A stretch of 64,000 nucleotides of DNA from Coniocarpon cinnabarinum (taxonomy: Eukaryota): assembly GCA_051942205.1 (NCBI GenBank), contig JAVECO010000060.1, positions 1 through 64,000 of the forward strand, given 5' to 3'. Below the pieces are notes generated by a model. That model was not told where the DNA came from and ran no database searches. It saw only the letters and a list, made by a program, of their open reading frames with translations. Of this stretch, positions 59,108-64,000 are shown one piece after another. The position numbers and the translations under genes were made by a program. Position 1 is the stretch's first letter, and the number at the start of each line of letters is the position of its first letter.

Positions 59108-60843
59108 CTACCATAGCCATTCGGCAAGATCTGGTCCCCTCGCCCCTAGAAGCACGTCCTTGCCATCCCGCTCAATCCACTTTAAGCACGACACTGGTTC
59201 CCTAGGGCCAGGAGTTGTATTTTCCTCCATGGGACACGCTATAGTGCCCATACGCTGTCCACTCTTCAAACCGAAAATCCCGACCGACCCTCTGTTATCT
59301 GCTATGGCCACAGCCTCTAACTCCTCGCTCACAGCGAAGCCCGTTGATACGAATTCTTCCTCATCCCGTTTCAACTCATACCCTATCGTCGGCTGGGAGG
59401 CCCGCCACATTGTGTTCCCAAGGACTCGTAGGTCGAATAAACCCGCAGTGCCTCTCCCGCCGCGCACGACCAGTTGATTGCCTCCTCGTAGGCAGTGCAA
59501 ATTCATAATTGATTCCTCCTTTCGTTCGGATTTCCGCGGCTTCTTGGTGCCGCATTTACGCCTCTCTGTGAGTGAGAAGGGCGAGGCGGCCATGGCGGTC
59601 GCGTCTACGTCGCGGACTCGCGTATCCCATAGGACGAGATCGCCTCTTCTGGTACCCAATGCTGCCACGTGCGCGTCCTGCCAGTCGCAGCAGAGCGCAT
59701 CACTCCTGAGGTGTAAGTAGGTCCAATCGTTGAACGATGAAGCAGTTGGTGTGCACACGCTCGCTTTCTTGCTCATCGCAACTAAGAAAGTTGCGGTCGA
59801 CGATCCAGCTGGCGAGAGATAGTCATTCGATGCAGAATTGAATACACACGTGTCTTGCATGCCAAATGCGATGATTGTATTCCAGTCTGCAACGGGCCTC
59901 ACACGCGGCTCGTACCTGCCGAACGATTGTTGAACAGGTGGTGGCACCCCAAGCGGTAGAAGGGGCAGAAGCCGTATTTGTGAAGAAGGGCCTTCACCAT
60001 AGCTCGTGACAAAAAGAAATCGGGAAGGTGTAAGGGAGAGTGAAGAGCAGCACGAGGAGGACCCCCACGCGTCGATGACTGAGCAGTGGTCTGCACAAGG
60101 TTGGTTGAACTTCTGCTGAGCGTAGAGCGTGTATTGGTCCCTCTGAAGTTCAGTGGGGCGGCTGACGATGGCAGACGAGGTTGTGTCATCATAGCTGCGG
60201 TCATGTTAGCTTGATGGCGCATTTAGCAGTAGACCCCCGAACTTGATCTGCTCTCAATGACATGTGCGAGGAAAAGTGTCAGATAGCTTGAAGACTGGCA
60301 TCGGAATTGCGATGGTGACGAGCAAGTAGGATTACTTACCAAAGCGCATCGATGAATGGATCGTCCCAATATCCCTTGCGCTGTGGCCAGGCAGGGAATA
60401 AGGGATCTTGAATAGCGCGCGTCTCATGCCTGAGCCCTGTAACAAGTGCTTTTGTCATTGCCTCTCGTTTGGACGTCCTACCCAATGTTCCCGTTTCGGC
60501 CTGGAATGCCACGCTGTAAGCATTGCGGGCTGTACGGATCGATGCAGGGCGGACGCGCTCCCGAGCAATGCGTTGAAACTCTTGAGCTTCAACGCGCTGG
60601 CGCTTCGATTGTTCTTCCTCATATCTCACGAAGGACCTAGTATGAGAGCTCCCCGGTGTGGCAAGACTAACAAACTCAAGTCAGTTTTGCCCTAGAACCT
60701 ATCCTATGCTGCCTACTGATCCGGTTGAATCTGGAAGTATTTCTTTTTAACCGTATCTGTCGCGTCGTTGTTAAATAAATGCGGCAACGCATATGCGCTC
60801 ATAGCATACCATAGTAAAAGCCTGGGATCGGACGACCGTCCAT
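59108..60843 (-). CDS. DCAF4/WDR21-like WD40 protein (putative CUL4-DDB1 substrate receptor), multi-exon
   Basis: The spliced N-terminus is MDGRPIPGFYY/DTVKKKYFQIQPD/HLATPGSSH (introns 60809-60757 and 60716-~60667), matching the PGFY.D..KK.YF motif of DCAF4/Wdr21. C-terminal WD40 elements include LGTRRGDLVLWDTR (DWD box) and LFDLR. Confidence 0.75.
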
Positions 60844-61323
60844 CTCGAGAGCCTCCTACAAGAGCAAACAAGTTACATAGGTGCCGCACGGTTCTACATG
60901 TGGTGAAAGTATTGGATTGGTGGGCAAACAGGCGATGCAGGTTGACATGAGGCCGAAACTAGTTAGCGCATATCGAACCATGAGCCACATGCAGTGACCT
61001 CATCGGTCTGATCTGCATGTGGCTTGTCTGGGAAACTAGGCGCCAGCAAGGATGAGGCAGTTCCAAGTGAAGGCGAGGTATGCACGTAGGCTCATCTAGA
61101 CTCTAAACACTGACAGCTGTCCTTCATCTAATGTTGGTGAAGACGGAATGAAATAACTCATGACTATGCCAAGATGGATAACACGGACCGAAATCGTCGC
61201 GAAACGCTCTGCCTTGGTGTCCGGAGGATCCGCCCCAGTTTCTATACTTGAAGCAAGTGAGACAATGCGTGTCATCTTGCACGTTTCCTAGCCCCAGAGA
61301 AGGTAGAAAACACCACTACTACG

Positions 61324-64000
61324 ATGACCAAAGTCGCCCCTGGGCAAAATGGCGACCAGGAGCAGGCGAGGGATACCACCTCTCCTGCCTCCTTACCTAA
61401 TGTACAGGTCGAACAAGCCGACCATTCTTCAAATCAAGTACAGTATTCCCTAAATCATTCGAGTACCGACATCTCCGAATCAGATCCTCCTCCTGCATAT
61501 GGCGACATTGTTGGTCAAATGCATGATGAGCAGGATGATTTGGGTACCCACGCCCACGTAGCTGGTGTGTGAGGCAAGGTTATATTCGTTGATTGCTCGC
61601 TGACACTGAGAAGACGATGGCCGCGTCAACATTCACATCAACCAGAAAGGTCACAACCTTTCTAACATTTTTCACAATGCTCTTCATCGCCACAACGACA
61701 AGCCATCAGCACAAGAGCCGTACATACCGCCACCCTTAGCCAGTCCACGTGAACGCACCAATCCACCAAAGCTCAACGTTGTAATCCATGTTGTTGGTTC
61801 TCGAGGCGACGTTCAACCCTTTGTCTCCCTTGCAAAGGTTTTGAAAGAGCAGTACGGCCATCGCGTACGACTTGCTACCCATCCGGTCTTCCGAGACTTC
61901 GTAACCAGTAATGACATCGATTTCTTCAGCATTGGTGGTGACCCATCTCAGCTCATGGCTTTTATGGTCAAAAATCCCGGACTGATGCCTGGATTTGATT
62001 CACTGAGATCTGGAGATGTCGGGACTCGACGTAAGGAAATCGCTAAAATGGTCAAAGGCTGTTGGCGGTCTTGCATTGAGTCGGGCGATGGTACTGGACC
62101 TGAAGTGTCTGACAACAACATCGGGGACTGGGCTAACGCCGACAATACGACTGCCGACGAAAATTTAGCACGACCTTTTGTTGCAGATGCCATCATAGCA
62201 AATCCACCCAGCTTCGCGCACGTACACTGCGCCGAGAAGCTGGGCATCCCTCTACATATGATGTTTACGTACGTGGCTGGCAACAGCGGATTGACTTTAC
62301 ATGTGACACCCTGCTGATTATACGCAGGATGCCATGGTCACCGACGCAAGCCTTTCCGCACCCACTTGCGAACATTCAATCATCCAATGCCGATGCCAGC
62401 ATGACTAACTTCATGACATATACTCTGGTCGATATGATGACCTGGCAAGGTCTCGGAGATGTCATCAACGGCTTCAGGCGGAAGAGCCTAGGCTTGGATC
62501 CCATCTCCCTCACTTGGGCGCCAGGCATGCTTGCGAGACTTCAAATCCCTTGGACATATTGCTGGTCACCAGCGTTGATACCTAAACCTCGTGACTGGCA
62601 GCAGTACATCTCTATATCTGGTTTCTACTTTCTGGACCAGGCCAGTAACTTTGAGCCCGAGCAAGAACTGAAGGCATTTTTGGAAGCCGGCCCGCCACCA
62701 GTGTACATAGGATTCGGGTCAATCGTAGTAGAAGATCCGAACGCAATGACCAACTTGATATTTGAAGCTGTCAAAGAGACCGGACAACGTGCTCTGGTAT
62801 CCAAGGGCTGGGGAGGTTTCGGTGCAGAAGACATTGGCATACCAGATGGTGTCTATATGCTTGGCAACATACCTCATGACTGGCTCTTCCAGCGTGTTTC
62901 CGCTGTGGTGCACCATGGAGGCGCTGGAACGACTGCTGCTGGTATTGCAGCTGGCAAGCCTACGGTCATTGTGCCATTCTTTGGTGACCAGCCCTTTTGG
63001 GGTTCAATGGTCCACAAAGCAGGTGCTGGGCCCATGCCCATACCCAACAAAAAGCTCACAGCAGACGCATTGGCCACTGCGATCACGGAAGCACTGACGC
63101 CCAGCTGTGTTGAAAAAGCCAAGGAGCTCAGTGCTCGCATCAGCAAAGAGCAAGGAAGCGAAACAGGGGCCGAGTATTTTCATAATGAGTTGAAAGTCGA
63201 TCGGCTTCGCTGTCAGTTGTCACCGAACCGTGCAGCGGTCTGGCGCATACGGAGGACCAACTTCAGACTCAGCGCTTTTGCCGCAACCGTGCTTGCTCAT
63301 GAAAGACTCATTGACTTTGCAGATCTCAAGCTGTACAGATCGCAGGAACTGGATGTCGATGGCGGTCCGTGGGATCCTATCAGTGGTGGCGCGGGTGCAG
63401 TCATCGGGACGATGGGCAGTATGGCTATGGGTATTGCAGACATGCCCGTCGCGACTCTGAAAGCTTTGAAGATCCATCCAGATCATCGACGTGAAGCCGA
63501 AGCTCAGGCTGCTCAAGCGGCTCAAAGCTCTCAGGCCAGCACTCAAAGCTCCCAACAAGCCAGTCACTCTCCCGCAGGTTCCCGACCAGGATCAAGCTCT
63601 CTTGAGGTGACATCACAAGAACTGAAAGATTCACGCGCGGATGCAATGCACACACTCAAGACTCGCGACAGTCGCTCATCTTCGGTTTCTTCCTCGAGCT
63701 CGAAGTCGTCTGGGAAAGAAGCTGCTGCCGCATGGAACACGCTAGAAAAGCAGAAACCTTTCAAGTTCAAGCAAGAAGACATCGAAACGCTTCTTTCGAC
63801 CGGCAAAGGCGCTTGGAAGTTTACCGAGGCAGGTGTCAAATCTCCTCTCGACTTTACGCTTGCTATGGCCAAGGGCTTCCACAATGCTCCGAAGCTCTAT
63901 GGTGATGAGACAGTGCGAAAGTCAGACAAAATCGTCGACTTACGGACCGGGTTGAAAGCCGCAGGAAAAGAATTTGGCTACGGCCTGTACGATGGAATTA
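61324..64000 (+). CDS. Family 1 glycosyltransferase, sterol 3-beta-glucosyltransferase/UGT80-like (Glyco_transf_28 + UDPGT); truncated by the window end
   Basis: DDGRVNIHI, LNVVIHVVGSRGDVQPF, GHRVRLATH, AIIANPPSFAHVHCAEKLGIPLHMMFT/MPW, PPVYIGFGSIVV and VVHHGGAGTTAAG...VPFFGDQPFWG. Introns near 61565-61614 and 62269-62327. Confidence 0.93.

Overview
This is eukaryotic DNA from a filamentous ascomycete (Pezizomycotina-like; the class cannot be fixed from this window). It has short GT-AG introns with CTRAC/CTAAY branch sites, so several genes are split across, or missed by, the ORF track. About 25 genes can be supported. Recognisable conserved genes: HSL-family esterase, peroxisomal SCP2, Nup2/Nup50-type RanBP1 nucleoporin, Zn2Cys6 transcription factor, cyclophilin-RRM (PPIL4), RAD50, LYS1, White Collar-2, MBL-fold protein, SPRY protein, RAD1 (9-1-1 clamp), CTNNBL1, SP-RING/MIZ protein, ORC5, SEY1, DCAF4/WDR21-like WD40 protein and a GT1 sterol-glucosyltransferase-like gene cut by the right edge. 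These are interleaved with orphan genes and a gene-poor tract (about 15.9-23.9 kb) containing a mosaic of short direct and tandem repeats and fragmentary reading frames. I see no RNA genes, CRISPR array or intact transposon, and no convincing new multi-gene system. The best leads are a WC-2 with a ~215-aa low-complexity tail and an intron-dependent choice of start codon, the 17.3-18.3 kb repeat mosaic, an SP-RING protein with N-terminal C2H2-like fingers, and known regulatory motifs (MCB, FarA, CPRE) upstream of appropriate genes. All family calls come from motif recognition, not database searches.
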